64,000 nucleotides of DNA from NCBI RefSeq assembly GCF_030028105.1, contig NC_092372.1:137088058-137152057 (forward strand), given 5' to 3'. Under the pieces are notes generated by a model. That model made no database searches. It was not told where the DNA came from and saw only the letters and a list, made by a program, of their open reading frames with translations. The first letter of the stretch is position 1, and the number at the start of each line of letters is the position of its first letter. Source of the stretch: Mobula birostris (Eukaryota). A program made the translations under genes and the position numbers. This document shows positions 24,549 to 39,776 of the stretch, piece after piece.

Positions 24549-25530
24549 CTAAGATAGAAAATAAATGCCACAATCTATTCATGTAAACAAGTCCATTAAC
24601 AACCTTCAGCACATAAGCTATCTGGCGAACCACCAACGCCTATTTATAATGATTTTGAACAAGTCACCTGTTAGGGAATACTCTGGAGTTATAAAACTAT
24701 GAATACATAATAATGGTTTAATTAAAATGAGAACCAGTCTTCTGGAAATAAAACCTGATCACAATTTAACTTCTAACTGATACTTCGTGGCTAGTGTAAC
24801 CACAAGGTGTGGGTCATTCTGATTCTGTCCCATTGAAACTATGCAGGGGAAGACAACAGATAAACGTTCATTTTAATCAGTGATCACTGAAAACTTGAGA
24901 ACAAGATCAGGGAAGGCATTAACTGACTATCTCTGGTAGTAACGCTTTGCTAAAGGTGTATCCCTTCACAGTTCAGGACAGGTCTGTTTTGTCACTTAAT
25001 CTTCTGGCTAGTTGTATATCCCTCAACACCATAACAAAAGGGGATTATTCTGGATGTTCTGAAGTTTGTGTTCAGAGGCTTTGAGAAGAGACACCAGTAT
25101 TGAAAATTCAGTAGAGATTTCAAGAGTGAAACTTCTTTCTCTCAGAGATTTATAAATCTTTGGAAATAATTTGTCAGAGGACAGTAGAACCAGGGTCTTT
25201 GAATATTTTTAAGGCAGAAGTAGATAGATTATTGAGAAGCAAGGGTGCGGGGTTCCTGTGGGAAGGTGAAAATGTAGAGTTAAGATTCCAATCAGATTGG
25301 TTATGATATTACTAAATAGAGTAACCTTGAGGGGCATAATCATAGTTTTAGTGTTATACAGCATAGAACCAGGCTTGTCAGCCAACTTGTCTATGTCAGC
25401 TAGGTTACTTGCCTGAGATATTACCTTGTGCCTATGTTTGGTTCATCTTGCTCTAAATCTTTAAATGTTCTTTAAACATTGTAATTCTAACCACCTCTAC
25501 AGCTTCCTCTTGCAGCTTATTCCAATATAC

Positions 25531-26226
25531 CAATGATGGTGAACCTGTTTGAGAGTGTATGCCCAAATTGGTGATAATCTTCTAAAAAAATTCTCTCATG
25601 TTCTATGGTAAGTTTAAGCAGAGATGATAATTGATTAATGAATTATTAACAACAATTATGACATTTTTAAAGGACGAAGTGTGAGTTCTATTGCTTATTT
25701 ATGTGGAATCATTGTTTTACTAGTAATAAAGATTTAACAGACAGATTAAAATAAATGAAGCATTTTAGAAACCTTTTTTAAAAATTGTTAATATAAATCT
25801 TTAAAAAAGATAATTGAAAAGTAAATATTCATGGAGGTGCTAAACTATAGACAGTGTTTACTGAATATTCAGTGTTCACTCACAAATGACAGAAGAAACA
25901 AATATAAGCAGAGCGAAGCCAAAGCCAATTGCTCCAACCAATACTAACCAAATATTGATGTATACACCAGGTCTATGAGGATTTCAAAACATATCATCCA
26001 ATGTCATGTATTCTCACAACTGTCTAGCGGATGCCAAGCTGGAGTGAAGCGTATTCTATGAAAACATCTCACTGCACTTGGATTGGAAAATATCACTCAC
26101 TACTTCATTTGGTAATAATGATGATATATAGCTTTCCAATATGGGTGGAGTTTAAAAATTCAAGGGGCGGCACTGCATGCTACGTGCCAACTAAATTTTA
26201 TCACATGCCATAGGTTTGTTACCCTG
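25531..26226. mobile_element. Non-autonomous hAT (Charlie-like) element inside a CR1 fragment
   Basis: Degenerate TIRs CAATGATGGTGAACCT / AGGTTTGTTACCCTG; 8-bp TSD caatatac/caatttac. Confidence 0.7.
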
Positions 26227-26409
26227 CAATTTACCTACCGCCTTCTCTGTGAAAAAGTTGTCTATTAGGTTCTTAATAAATATTTCCCCTTTCACTTTAA
26301 ACCTATGTCCTCTAATTTTGGATTCTGTTACCCTAAGAAAAATACTATGGGCATTCATCTTACTTATGAAAACCATGAAATTATTATATTGGAGCTATTA
26401 GTGAGACTT

Positions 26410-28815
26410 GGTTGCTGGAAGAGCAGGACTGGCAGCTCAATATTCTGGGGTTCTGTTGTCTTAGACATGACAGAATGGGAGGAATTAAAGGAGGAGGGCT
26501 GGTGTTACAAGTCAATGAGAGAGTGTGCAATACTTGATCTACTATTAGGGAACAAGATAGGGCAGGTGACAAAAGTTTGTGTAGGGGAACACTTTGCACC
26601 TAGTGATCACAATGCCATTAGTTTCAAAGTAAATATGCTAAAATTTAGGTCTGGTCTGCGGGTTGAGATTCAAAATTAGCAAATGGCCAATTTTGATGGT
26701 ATCAGAAATGTGTGGACTGGGACATGCAGTTTTCTGGCAAAGGTGTACTTGGTAAGTGGGAGACCTTCAGAAGTGAAATTTTGAGAGAACAAAGCTTGTA
26801 TATGCCTGTCAGAATATAAGGTAAAGATAACAGGTTAGGGAACCTTGGTTTTCAAGAGATATTAAGGCCCTGGTTAAAAAAAAGGGAGATGCATAGCAGG
26901 TACAGGAAGGTAGGAACAAATGAGGTGCTTATGAAGTATAAGAAATGCAAGAGAACAAGAGAAAGAAATCAGGAGGGCTAAAAGAAGGCATGAGGTTGCC
27001 CTAGGAAACAAGGTGAAGGAGACTCCTAAGGGATGCTACAGATATGTTAAGATTAAAAGGTTTGCAAGGACAAAATTGGTCCACTGGAACAACAAAATGG
27101 TAATCCATGTGTGGAGCGTAAAGAGATAGGGGAGTTCTTAAATGAATGTCTTGTTTCTTTATTTACTCAAGAGATGAACACAGGTCTACAGAAGTGAGGC
27201 AAAGCATCATTGACTACATGGACCCTATACAGATTACAGAGATGGAGGTGTTTGCTGTCCTGAGGCAAATCAGGTTGGGTAAATTCCCAGGGCCTGAGGG
27301 GTTCCCTCGGACTCTGCAGGAGGCCAGTGAAGAAATTGCTGGGGCCTCAGAAGAGAAAGTTAAATCATCCTTAGGTGAGAGGAGAGGTACCAGCTGATTG
27401 GAGGATAGCCAATGTTGTTCTGTTGTTTAAGGAAGGCCCTAAACATTACCAGGAAGTTGTAGGCTGCTGAGTCTGACAGCAGTAGTGGGAAAGTTATTAG
27501 AAAGTATTCTAACGGACTGGATATCCAAGTATTTGGATAGACACGGACTGATTAAGGATAGTCAGCATGGTTTTGTGCATGGTAGGTAATTTCTGACCTA
27601 TTTTATAGAGGAAGTTACTAGGAAAGTGGATAAAGGCAAGGCAGCAGATGTTGTTCACATGGACTTTAGCAAGCCATTTGACAAGGTCCCGCATGGGAGG
27701 TTGGTCAAAAAAGTTCAGTCGCTCAGCATTCAAGATGACGTGGTAAATTGGATTAAACATTGGCTTTGAGGGAGAAGCCAGAGGGTGGTAGTAGATGGAA
27801 TGGTCTCTGACTGGAGTCCTGTGACTAGTGGAGTACCACAGGGATCAGTGCTGGGTCCATTGTTGTTTGTCATCTATATCAGCGATCTGGATGACAATGT
27901 GGTTAACTGAATCAGCAAATTTGCAAATTACATCAAGATTGGGGGTGTAGTGGACAGCAAGAGATCTCGCTGGTTTGCAGAGGGATCTGGACCAGCTAGG
28001 AAAAAAGGCTGAAAAATGGCAGATGGAATTTAATGCAGACAAGTGTGAAGTGTCGCACTTCAGTAGGACTGATCAGGGTAGACCTTACACAGTGAATGGT
28101 GGCACTGCGGAGTGTGGTAGAACAAAGGGATCAGGAAATACAGGTCCATAATTCATTGAAAGTGGTATCAGAGGTAGATAGGGTTGTAACGAAAGTTTTT
28201 GGCACATTGGCCTTCATAAATCAAAGTATTGAGTACAGGAGATGAGATGTAATGTTCAAATTGTATAAGACATTGGTGAGGCCAAATTTGGAGTATTGTG
28301 TAGAGTTTTGGTTAAATGCCTATCGGAAAGATGTAGATAAGGTTAAAAGAGTACAGAGAAAATTTACAGGAACGTTGCTGGGTCTGGAAGACCTGCATTA
28401 TAAGGAAAGATTTTATTCATTGGAACATAGAAGATTGAAAGGAGATTTGATAGAGGAATATAAAATTATAAGGGGTATAGACAGGGTAAATGCAAGTTTG
28501 CTTTTTCCACTAAGGTTGGATGGAACTACAACCAGAGGTCATGGGTTAAGAGTAAAAGGGGAAAAGTTTAAGGGGAACATGAGGGGAAACTTCTTCACTC
28601 AGAGGGTTGTAAGAGTGTGGAACAAATTGCCAGCACAAGTGGTACATGTGAGCTCAATTTCAATGTTTAAGCTAAGTTTGGAAAGGTACATGGATAGTAG
28701 GGGTATGGAGGGTTATGATCCCAGTGCAGTTCAAAGGAATAGGTAGTTTAAATGGTGCGACATGGACTAGGTGGGCCAAAGGGCCTGTTTTTGTGCAGTA
28801 ATTTTCTATGACTCT
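26410..28815 (+). mobile_element. CR1/HER1-like LINE ORF2, degraded
   Basis: AILDLLL..SDHN endonuclease end, DFSKPFDKV, LYKTLVRPNLEYC, FFTQRVV; ttctatgactctatg tail. Confidence 0.9.
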
Positions 28816-30061
28816 ATGCCTCTCATGATTTTATATTCCTCTATAACATCACTCCCAATAGAGGCATACAGTAGTTGCTTTCTCTTTCTCCTAATTCATA
28901 TGTTCTGATGAAAGATAATTGATTAAATTGCTGACTCTCTTTCTCATAGCTGGTGCCCAATGTGCTGAGCATTTCTTGTTTTTTTCACATTTTTCAGCAT
29001 CTACAGTATTTTAATTTTGCAAAGCCTACATTCTATTGTTTTGCTTCTGGCATTTCATTAAGAAACAAATTGCTAAAATATATCTTTTATATGGGGATTC
29101 TGCAGCTTATTTCTTTTCTTTATTTGTATACATTTAACTTGCATTACATTTCCATAACAGTAAGTTATGTGGTTAATTTCTTACAATACAAAGGTTGGGC
29201 CATTTTGGCAGTAATAGGCAAATATAATCATACTTTTTGATACTAAACAAAAATTACTCTAAATTTTATTTAATTAACTAACAATATGTGTTAATCATCT
29301 TAATGATTGCCATGGATTCACAGAAATTTACAGTAAAGATCATGAAGCCCATCATGACCAGAAATAAATTTTTAATAAATCTGATTTTCCAGTTTCTGTA
29401 TTATAACTCTACAATATAAAGATATTAAAACACCCATCTAGATATCCCTTAATTCTGGTGAGTATTTCTGTCTCCACCACCAAAGATTCAGACTCTTTGC
29501 ATCTCACAAAGTAAATGAATTCTTTCCTAACTCATCTGTAGTCCCACCATTTATACCTATGAGCCCAGTTACTGACCTAACGGCTAAAGAAACAGAAGCT
29601 TTCTATTCACACTGCCTTATTCTCACATGACTTTATAATAAATCTCTCCTCATTATTCTTTGGTCAACTAAATGTTTATGTTATTATGAGGCAGTTGTAT
29701 GAGAAGTGAAATAATTAGCAATAAGAAGCATATGAAAATATTAAAAATTTTAGGTGTGAAACTAAATTTAATTAACATTATGGAAATATTCCAACCAAAA
29801 CTGGTAACAATCAGGACTATATATCCATTAACTTGACTTCTCTCTTCATTGATGGCATCGAAAGGAAGTGTTTTCCAATTTTTATTTTAGATTTTCAGCA
29901 TCGATATTGTTTTGCTTGCTAAAAAAATGTTTAACTTGGTAAGAAAATCAAAACTAAAAACACAGAAAGTAACATAAATTACAAACTAAAACCTTAAAAA
30001 CATAACATGCAGCAAAAAAGGCATACTAAATTAATTTTACTCATGAAAAGATGTATTTTAC

Positions 30062-30143
30062 CTGTTACATCAGTGAGCAGGTTGTTTTGTAAGTATAGCT
30101 CCTTGAGGCAATAATTCATTGTCAAGGAATTTATCTTTTTAAT
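30062..30143 (-). CDS. LRRC72: LRRC72 exon 4 (IKKINSLTMNYCLKELYLQNNLLTDVT)
   Basis: ttgtag|ATT...ACAG|gtaaaa, 82 nt; NYCLxELYLxNN motif typical of LRRC72. Confidence 0.92.
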
Positions 30144-32185
30144 CTACAATAAGCAAATGGCAACAGAATGATTCAATATAAGATGAATGAAACAGAATTA
30201 TTTTACCCACTAACAAACAGACAAGCAGACAATTTGGAATTCAACTCACAGCCCAAGAAGATGATAGAGACAGATAAATTTAAGACAGAGATAAGAAAGG
30301 ATTTCTTCTCTCTGAAGGCCGTGAATCCTTGAAATGCTTCTGTGGAAGCTGAAATGAAAATTTGCTAGATACAGCTGCTAGGAATCTGAAATAAAAGTAG
30401 AAAGTGTTGCAAGCATTCAGAAAAGCAACAGTAAATGTACCTTTCAGGTTAAAGTCCCATCATCAAAACTGATAAGATACAGATAAGATAGGGTAGTAGG
30501 ATTGGATAGATAAAAGGAATTTTCCTAATTAGGCAAGGAAAGGGCTTCTACAGTGATAAACTACAGAGATTTTTGGTGAGATACTAAAGCAATTAGACAG
30601 GAACTAAAACTATGAGCTGAGGGCAGTCAGAGAGTAAGAATGCAATGCTGGATAAAGATTAAATAGAAAACAATCCTAATCAATCTTACTGTAAAGATGA
30701 TAAAATCCCATCTACCTCATAGAAATACATTATGGCCTAAGCTTAAAAGAGTCGTAGAAAGACATATTTGGCCTAACTAGAACAATTCTTTGATCCTTTA
30801 TCAATTATTTTACTTATTTTGGTTGTTGGTAACAATCACTTTATTTTGGGAGCAAATGAGATGGACAAACTTATGGTCTCCTTTGCTACAAAATAATTCT
30901 AGCACCTATGCAGGATGTAATGCACATTTTGCGCATGGAGATGACTTTAGGGACATTTCTGACTAATGTGCTAAATCCTTCAGATTTGGATTTGAGAACA
31001 AAGTCAATTACTTCAAAATTATTACGTGCTTTGAGGACAATTACCCACAGTGATAAAGTTCAAAAACATCTCTTCTAAGATCACCTACAAGAGCCTTACT
31101 GCTTTCAACCTTATCTGAGAATTTGCCTATTTTACTATTGTGATTTTACGGTAATTTAGAAATATATATCCAACTTCTATTTAAGAGAAATGATCAATTA
31201 TCACCCAGTTTTCAAATACATTGATTCAGTCACAAAATGGAGTATTTTTCAAGTATTCACTAGATTGAGCAATGCAACACACATTGAAGAATATAAGTGT
31301 ATAAGATTAACATTTCTGCATTCAACCAATTCACATTCTTTCAATTCAATTGTTCCTCTAAATTCATATAATTTATTTAAAAGATAACTCTAAATAGTTG
31401 TGCTTAAAATTCTTCTGATTACTGTACAAATTCATATCATCACAGAAAATATCTTCACCGAACTGCAGCAGTTAATCCTTCTGAAGATGACCCACCTATT
31501 CAAGGACGACATTGAAGAATTCAAGTGAAGACACTAAATAGACTAAAGAACTTGGTATGGGTTGTTTCCAGCTGAGAAGAAAATCTATTATTGAAATTTA
31601 TATTTTGCTTACCATGGGATTCCTCTATGAATAAAAAATTAAGAATAAAAATACAAAATAAAAGTTTTGTTATTTTAAAATCATCTATATTTTTCAGTAT
31701 GTACATGGTGAATTACAATCCATGTGTAATTATTTTAAAAGAGCCAGACTTTGGTATGCACTGATTATAGCCTATAATGCCATTAAAAAAAAATTACAAC
31801 TCATATAGCAAGCTCAGACATTTTCAGGGTACTCACTGATGCTCACTGATCTCGGTATATTATACTCCAGAAGGCTGTGATAACTCACTGAAAGAAATAT
31901 TCTGCATTTCGAAGATTAGCTATATAATCGAATGCTTCAGAAGGTGTATCCTGTTTTATAGTATTAACAAGGCATATAGTACTAGCTTTGCCATCCTGAG
32001 TAGTACAAAATGTAGGTCAATGCACAAAAAGTACAACAGAAAGAAGCCAAGAAAGAGAGGTTGGCTGTCTGTCTGCTAATTAACAAAACACATCTCTGAT
32101 CCAGCTAACAGTCAAAAAGATGATAAAGAAAGCAGTACTTACAAGTGATAACCGGAAGTATGTTTTCAGATTATCACAAACTCTA

Positions 32186-32308
<123 letters not shown>

Positions 32309-32870
32309 TCAGCTTGAATTACTTCATTAAAATATAATATAAACATATAGACACTGCACAATAATATCTGTAGAATTGAAATTCCAGCAAATAACTATTC
32401 CTAATTTTCTCCTTTCTACTGTTTATTTCTGTGCAATTTTTTCTCTAGTTGAACAGTAATGACATTGCCAATTAATTCTATTATTCTATTCTTGGTTGGG
32501 TTGATATTCAAGAGTTCGTGGAACTGTTAGCAAATGTTGAATATTCCATTAAATTTCTGACCTTTTTGATGATTGATGTGCTTTAAGGGGCAACAAAGTA
32601 AATAAAAAGGTAATTTCTTTTTCTGTTAGCATTCCATAAAATTATTATTTCTGCAGCCAGTTTTCCCAGCTGCTTTTTATTTATAAATTTCTGTGCTCTT
32701 AAACATGGTCAGAAACTTAGGCCCTTTGATAAAGTAAATAATGTGGAAGTATTGTGCTTATCAAAATATGGATTTTAAATGAATAAGTAATTTAAAACAA
32801 CATGAAGTCCTTCTTACATTAGATTAATTACTGACTAAGAATTGATAACAAAGAATTATATTATACTTAC

Positions 32871-32944
32871 TTTTTGGCCAGATAAAGTTCAATGACATCA
32901 TTATTCTTTCTGATTTTGTAGAGTTTTAATTGATTTCCCAGAAC
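32871..32944 (-). CDS. LRRC72: LRRC72 exon 2 (VLGNQLKLYKIRKNNDVIELYLAK)
   Basis: aaatag|GTT...AAAAA|gtaagt, 74 nt; resembles the vertebrate LRRC72 N-terminus (..QLK..R.D.DV.ELFL.K), recalled from memory. Confidence 0.9.
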
Positions 32945-33959
32945 CTATTTGCAATTCCAATAAACATAAAATTTATATTAAATTTTAAACCAGATATTTT
33001 ATTTTTAGCACATTTCCTTAATCACTCTCTTCTTTAGTACTTCAGTTTTACTTTTCTTTAAATCAAATTGATACAAAAATGAAGTTTAATGTCACTATTT
33101 ATTTCTGATTCTTGTTTATTATTTAAAATATATGGAAAAATAACACCACAATCTATAATTATACATCACAATAGTAAATGTAATTCTTGGATTACAAGCT
33201 CATAAAACTTCTATTTACATTTAGTTTATGGTTGTTTCCAATTGAAAACCTATCAAAAGAAAGTAACAACATTTAATTGGTGCCCATTTGCAACACTCTC
33301 TCGTGAATTTTGTTCAATAAATAATTCATTAAAATGAAATCACAATTATATCTGAATTTTCTGCATACTGATTTATTTAAAGCTTAATAATTCAGTTTTG
33401 CTTCTCCATGTACAATATCAGGATGTCATTAGTATTATATTAAACAGCAAAATATGAGAGGAATTCCTTTCAACAAACCTTACTTCCAGTTGCCATATGT
33501 TTATCATTGTACGGTCAAAAATTTCCAATTACTGTATAATGGAGATACAAATGTGAAATTAAGGTATTGCAGCAGCTGTACTGATACTGCAGTACTTCAA
33601 TTGTGACTTGGCTGGTAAGCAAATGAGCCAAAACGTTCCACAATTGAATCTCACTCCAAATAATTGAGCATATAACCTAAGTTGGCATTTCAAAGCAGCA
33701 TTTCAAGGTACTGTGTTCAAAAATGTTATTAAACCAAGATCTCACTGGCATCACATATATAAAAGGTGCCATTTTATTATTTGAAGAAGAAAATATTGCT
33801 GCTCTAACATTACACTAATACTTAGCTCATAACCAAGCCATTGCAAACAATGGTCCTGATGAAGGGTCTCGGCACAAAACGTCAACTGTTTATTTCCACC
33901 TACATTGCGTGTATCGCTCTAGGTTTCCAGCATCTGCAGTACCTCTTGTACTAAGATGT

Positions 33960-35600
33960 CCCTGATGATCCAGATGGTGGAAGCAAAGGAAGACAATAAT
34001 CAAGATCTCGAGAAACCACATGGGAAACCACATCTGAAGCTCATCTTGACCACTTTGAACCTCACCAAAAGTCAGCCCTAAAAGTTTTCTCCTCTCAGTA
34101 TCCCACCTTGTTTAAACTACAACTTGGGTGTACCAACTTGAGCAAGCACACTATCCATGTAAAAGATGATCAACCCATTCATCAGAGATGACACAGAGTG
34201 CCTGAGCATCTTGTCAGTGCCTTGAAGGCAGAGATAAGGACCATGTTGGAACTGGGTGTCATTAAGCCATCGAACAGTGACCAGTACAGTCTAGTAGTTA
34301 ATGTGCCTAAACCTGATGGTTCCTTGAGGGTCTGTATTGACTTTAGAAAAATCAATGTGATCTCCAAGTTTGATGCTTATCCTTTGCCACGGATAGATGA
34401 GCAACTGGACAGGTTGGGACAAGCTCAGCATATCACTACACTGGATTTATGTAAAGATTACCGGCAAGATGGGCTTGCGTGGAATGGGCTGCTGGCGATG
34501 GTGGTGGAGGCGGATATGATTGAGTCTTTTAAGAGACTCCTGGATAGGTACATGAAGCTCAGAAAAATAGAGGGCTATGGGGAACCCTAGGTAATTTCTA
34601 AGGTAAAGACATGTTCGGCACAGCTTTATGGGCCGAAGGGCCTGTATTGTCCTGTAGGTTTTCTATTTTTCTAAGATCCACTGGAGGAAAAGCCTAAAGA
34701 ATATGCTGCTTTCCAGACCCCACTTGACCTTTTCCATTTCACGGTCATGTCATTTGGCCTGAATGAAGCTTCAGTGACATTTCAGCACCTCATGGACTGT
34801 GTATTTAGGGGATGTGAAGAGTTCAGCATAACATACCTCGATCATGTGGTGATTTTCAGCACAAGTTGAGAAGACCATCTCTAGGATATCAATCAGGTCC
34901 TGGGACAGCTAGCCTCAGCAAGCCTTACAGTCAACCTCCAGAAGTGTAAGTAGGCGAAGATAGAGACCTGGTACTTGGGATACCAGCTTGGGAATGGGCT
35001 GATACACCCTCAAGTGGACAAGGTACAAGCAATTCGGAACAGCCTCCGCCCTCAGGTCTTTTCTTGGACTGGGTTCACACCACGGTTTGCTGAAGTGACA
35101 ACTTCTCTGACCAGTTTGTGCTTAAAGTCTGCAGAGGAGTGTGCACTGGCTTTTGTAAATTTAAAGGGGGCACTCTGTGAAGAACTGGTATTCATTAGTC
35201 CTGATTTCAACAAGCCCTTCCTGGTGCAAATGGCCATTTATGGAATAGGGATAGGTGCTGTCTTGTCCCAAAGGAGAAGAGGGCAAAGAGAGGCCTGTCT
35301 TATACCTGAGTAGGAAGCTGCTACCCAGGAAATCTCAGTATTTGACTGTTGAGAAAGAGGCTCTGGCTCTTATTGAGATCTAGACAGTCTGTCCTATTAC
35401 CTCCTTGTCTGGGAGTTTGTTCTGGACTCAGACCACCGTGCCTTGACCTGGATCCACACCAGGAAAGATCCAAATGCTCACATTACCAGATAGCATCTAG
35501 CCCTGCAACCCTTCCACTTCACAATCCGTCACACAGGAGCAGCCAGAACATTGCAGTGGAAGTTTACCACAACTTGGGTAAACTAGAAGAAAGAAGTAGG
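33960..35600 (+). mobile_element. Gypsy pol fragment (RT-RNaseH) with CR1 3' end inserted at about 34469-34675
   Basis: KPDGSLRVCIDFRKIN..DAYPLPRIDE, YLDH, PDFNKPFLVQ..GIGAVLSQ. Confidence 0.85.
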
Positions 35601-36099
35601 TAATGTAATACAGCAGGTCAGCCACAAGTAATTTCTTCCTCCCTGTCCCCCCAGTGGTCCTGTAATTCTCATTATTCCTGGCTGGCAGCACTGCTATTAT
35701 GCTTATCCGGTGCTCACACTAGGCAAAAGCATAGCATGGACACTTTTGTTTGTACTTGTACACTCCAGGACAGTGGCATTCTTTGATGCATCCTGGTTGT
35801 TTTTGCTTCCATTTTCAGGGAGGGGACACTAATGAAGGGTGGGGTGTCTTAAAATAGGTGCCTGTTTGTTGTGGCACATGCTCTATGCTGGCTCAGTGGA
35901 AAAGTTCATCTTGGGGGAAGGGGGAAAGAGTGCTGGCTCCTGAAAAATACTTAGTTGTTGATTGACTTTGTTGCACAATGTCATTGTGATCTTATTGTGA
36001 TGAATGTATGTGTGGACATTTGTGATTGTGAAGAAGGATGTGAATTCCTGTATTTTGGTTTTTTGTGTAATTATTCAGGCTCATGGTAACAATTTCCCC

Positions 36100-39000
36100 C
36101 GCATTCCAAAGAATGGACTTAAAGGTGAGGTAAGGATCCAATCTTGCATGGGTGGAGGAACAGCAGATGCGGCTGGCTCATCCAGAGGTGTGTCAATATG
36201 CTCATTGTCATGTTGTGATGCCAGAGATGCCAGCAGAATCCTCCAAATCCTGTTGGGTTGGTTTAAGATGATCTACCTAAGTACATTAAGGTTTACCCCT
36301 CTTATCTGTGATAAAAATCTTTTCTCCCCATTCCAAAACACGGAACGGGTCATCATAAAGGGGCCTTGATGTTGGTGTGTATCATGGCAGACGAAAAAAA
36401 CCGAGGCAGAATGTAGGTCAACAGGAACCCGAGAGTGTGGTATGCCATCATGAGAGGTAGGAATAGGTGAAGAGGAATTGAATTTCCTGAGGAGGGTGGA
36501 ACATTGTTGAAAGACCAACCAGACACTCGTGGCATCTGGAATGAAACCACCAAGCACTAGTATACCAACTCAGCCATGGACGACCCATAACAGACAATCA
36601 TGCCAACCCTCATCAGTTGGGGAAGACTTCAAAGCAGCCTTTAAGGAGTGGTGAAACCGCTAGCATAAGCCATTGGATAGTGGGTGATACGCTGCGGTAT
36701 GATGTAGCCTAACGCCGAGGTTCTGGGCTATCAGAGCCCGGACGTATGAAATGAATTGAGGACCGCATTCAGAGGAGATATCAGACGGAGTGATAAACCG
36801 AGCAACCCAGTGCTGATAAACACCTGAGCCCTATCTGCGGCCATTGTCAATAGTTGGGGGACGACCTCTGGTCACTAGGCAGTACAGTCCACCATGGTAA
36901 GGAGTTGAGTGAAACTGCAGGAGGGGAGAAGAGGACCAACAAGGTCTTCATTAATGTGGACAAACCGTTGCTCAGGGACCTCAAATGACACCTGGGCATG
37001 ACAGTTAATTTATCCGGCTGAGACTTTACACAGGCTGCACTCTAATCATGCCCGTCTTTTCAAGGTCCGTGCCACACAAACTTTAGCGCTAACAGTTTCT
37101 GTGAGGCCTTCAGGCCCAGATGGGAGAGGCAACGTATGGTGTTAAAAACGGTCTGCCTCCAGTCTGCAGGCATTATGGGGCAAGGGTGACTGGTTGAGAC
37201 ATTGCACAGGAAAGAAACCCGAGCTTTTTTGAACTTAATGTCAGCCAAGCACAGGCCTGTGACTGTTGTTCAGTAAGCCTGGACCTTTGGATCAGTAGCT
37301 TGGTCGAATGCTATGCCGACATAGTCAACCCTTGTATGTGTGGCCTCAGAAGCTGGCTATGGGAGGCAATCAGCCATGGCATTATTTTTCCCCTTGATAT
37401 GTTGTATATCAGCTGTGCACTCTGATATGTAGGCCAGGTGGCTTTGCTGCCATTGCAGACCAAGGGTCTGACATTTAGAGCATCACATGCACAAGGGGTT
37501 TGTGGTCAATGAACACTGTGAAATGGCGGACAGCAAGATGGAGACCAAGAAGCTCACGGTCAAACGTGCTGTACTTCCTTACGGGGGATGGAGCTGCCAG
37601 TTGAAGAAGGTGAGCAGCTACCACACACCTCTGACCAACTGCTTATACACAGTACCCACAGAATAGTCTAAAGCATCAGTAGTTACGGCTATGGGTACAC
37701 TGGGCAGGTGCGTCAGTCGGGTCGTGTTTGAAAGAGCTCATTTGGTAGCATCAAATACCCTGGTCACGTCTGCTGACCAGTCCTGCAGATGATTAGAGGT
37801 ATTGCCTTTTAGTGCACCATACTGGGAAACATAAGTACAGCAGCTCGCAGAATGAAGAGGTGATAGAAATTCACCATGCCTAAAGACTCCTATAGTTTTT
37901 TAGTAGTGTGGGGTGGTGGAAATCCATAATAGTGGTTAGTTTTTATGGGAGGGTTTTTATCCAGCCAAACAAAAAAAATCTAAATCTTTTAATACAGAAT
38001 CAATCAGCCATTGAAAAGTCTGTGCTGCATTTTTCAACCTAAATAGCATGCACAGAAACCCAAAGAGGCCAAACAGGGTTGTCACAGCCATTTTGGGAAC
38101 GTCCTCCGAGCAACAGGCACCTGATGGTAGCCCCTAATTTGATCGAAATTGGAAAAAAATAATTTTCCAGCAAAACATGCAGTAAAGTTCTGGATGTGTG
38201 GGACCAGATAATGATCAGGGATGGTGGCCTCGTTAAGTTGTTGGTAATTGCCACATGGGCGGCAATCACATCAGACTTAGGGTTCATATGGAGGGGCAAA
38301 GTACAGGGGCTATTCAACCAGCATACAGTGCCAAGTCTTTCCATGTTGGCAAACTCAGCTTTCGCATTTGCTATGTTTTCTGGGTCCAGTCTATGCAAGT
38401 GGGCATGGAATGGTGGTCTAGTTGTAGAAATGTGGTGGTCCACCCCATGTTTTGTGACTGCAATGGAGAATGTCGGCTTGGTGAGGTTTGGGAATTCACG
38501 CCGCAGTCGAGCAAACTCACATGCGTCAGTGCTTGCGCTTTACACAACCATTATGGAGAACTTGTTAGGGGAGCAGGGTAACAACCCAAAGTCCTTGATA
38601 TCCACAAGCCAGCAGTTCTTAAGAACGACTAATAGTCCTTGAGCACACAGGAAATCTGCACCAAGCATAGGTCTAGCCACTTTAGCCAGGACAATGTCCC
38701 AAGTGTAATGTTGCCCACTGAAGCAGAGCGTCACACGCCATGTCCCGTAGGTCTGGATCATACTGCCATTGGAGGCCTCCAGCAGCTTTGCCACTCTTTG
38801 CCTTCTCATAATAGCTGATGCTTGAGAACACGTGTCACACAAGAAGCGTCACCCTGAAAGAGTGTTCATAATAAACACAAGCATCCCAGGCAGTTGGAAT
38901 CCACGGTGTTCACAAACCTCTGTTGTCTCGATGTGCTGGCACTGTTGAAGCTGCAAGGTGGTTAGCACTTTCTAGCATTCATGCCAAAGCGAGCATGATA

Positions 39001-39776
39001 AAAACATAGGCCCGGCAGCATCTGTTTTGCAGCTATGGGTCCCCTTATGTTGGAGGCTGTGCTGACTGGGCTTATTGAGGTAGAGAAAGGAGAAGGAATG
39101 ATGCACTGCTGCCTAGCTGAGATTAGACTATCCTCCATTTTAGTAAGCTCCCTATAGTACTTCATGGGTGCATTAGCGAGGGGTATGTGAACTTGATCGG
39201 GCATTTGCTGCTTGAAGAGTTCTTTCAAAATAAAACAAGGATGGTGATTTCCCAAGAGAGACAGCATGTGGTCCATTAGCTCTGACAGCTTAGCATCAGT
39301 GAGGCTGAGCTTGGAGAGCAACTGTTTGACGCACTCAGACTCCAGTAGTCCAACAGTAGATTCACCTCTCTCTCAGCCATGGAGTCACTAAGCAACAATA
39401 CCTCGTAGAAATATTTCATGTTGTCTGTGAAGATTTCTCGCAATACGAATTGGGCCCCGGCTTGTGCAAACCAAGCAATGGCATTTTGCTCATAAAACTC
39501 CAGCAGTTTCAAAGCGACAGCATTGGCCAGCATGTTCAATAACCCTGGAATCATCCTAGAGCATCGGGGTCACGAATGTAGGTTTTCACAATTAAAACGA
39601 CAAGGGTTTTATGTTTCAAAAAAGCTGTAGCACCTCATTTATTGAACACCAAAAACTGAACATAAGCATGGTAACAGTCCTTTATTTAAATATGTCATCA
39701 TGTTAAACCAGCCCCTCAAAGTGAAACTCCAACTCAATGTTGTGTTTGTGATTTATGTACAATTCCACCAATTACA
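36100..39776 (-). mobile_element. Gypsy LTR retrotransposon, degraded gag-pol
   Basis: Putative LTR 39577-39776; PBS-like T(C)GTGACCCCGA near 39564-39575; gag (LKLLEFY..WFAQAGAQF), protease (LGADFL), RT, integrase and GPF motifs. Confidence 0.82.

Noticed and set aside
31445-31530. Short coding-looking stretch (ENIFTELQQLILLKMTHLFKDDIEEFK*)
   Set aside because: No homology recognised and no supporting gene context on the plus strand.
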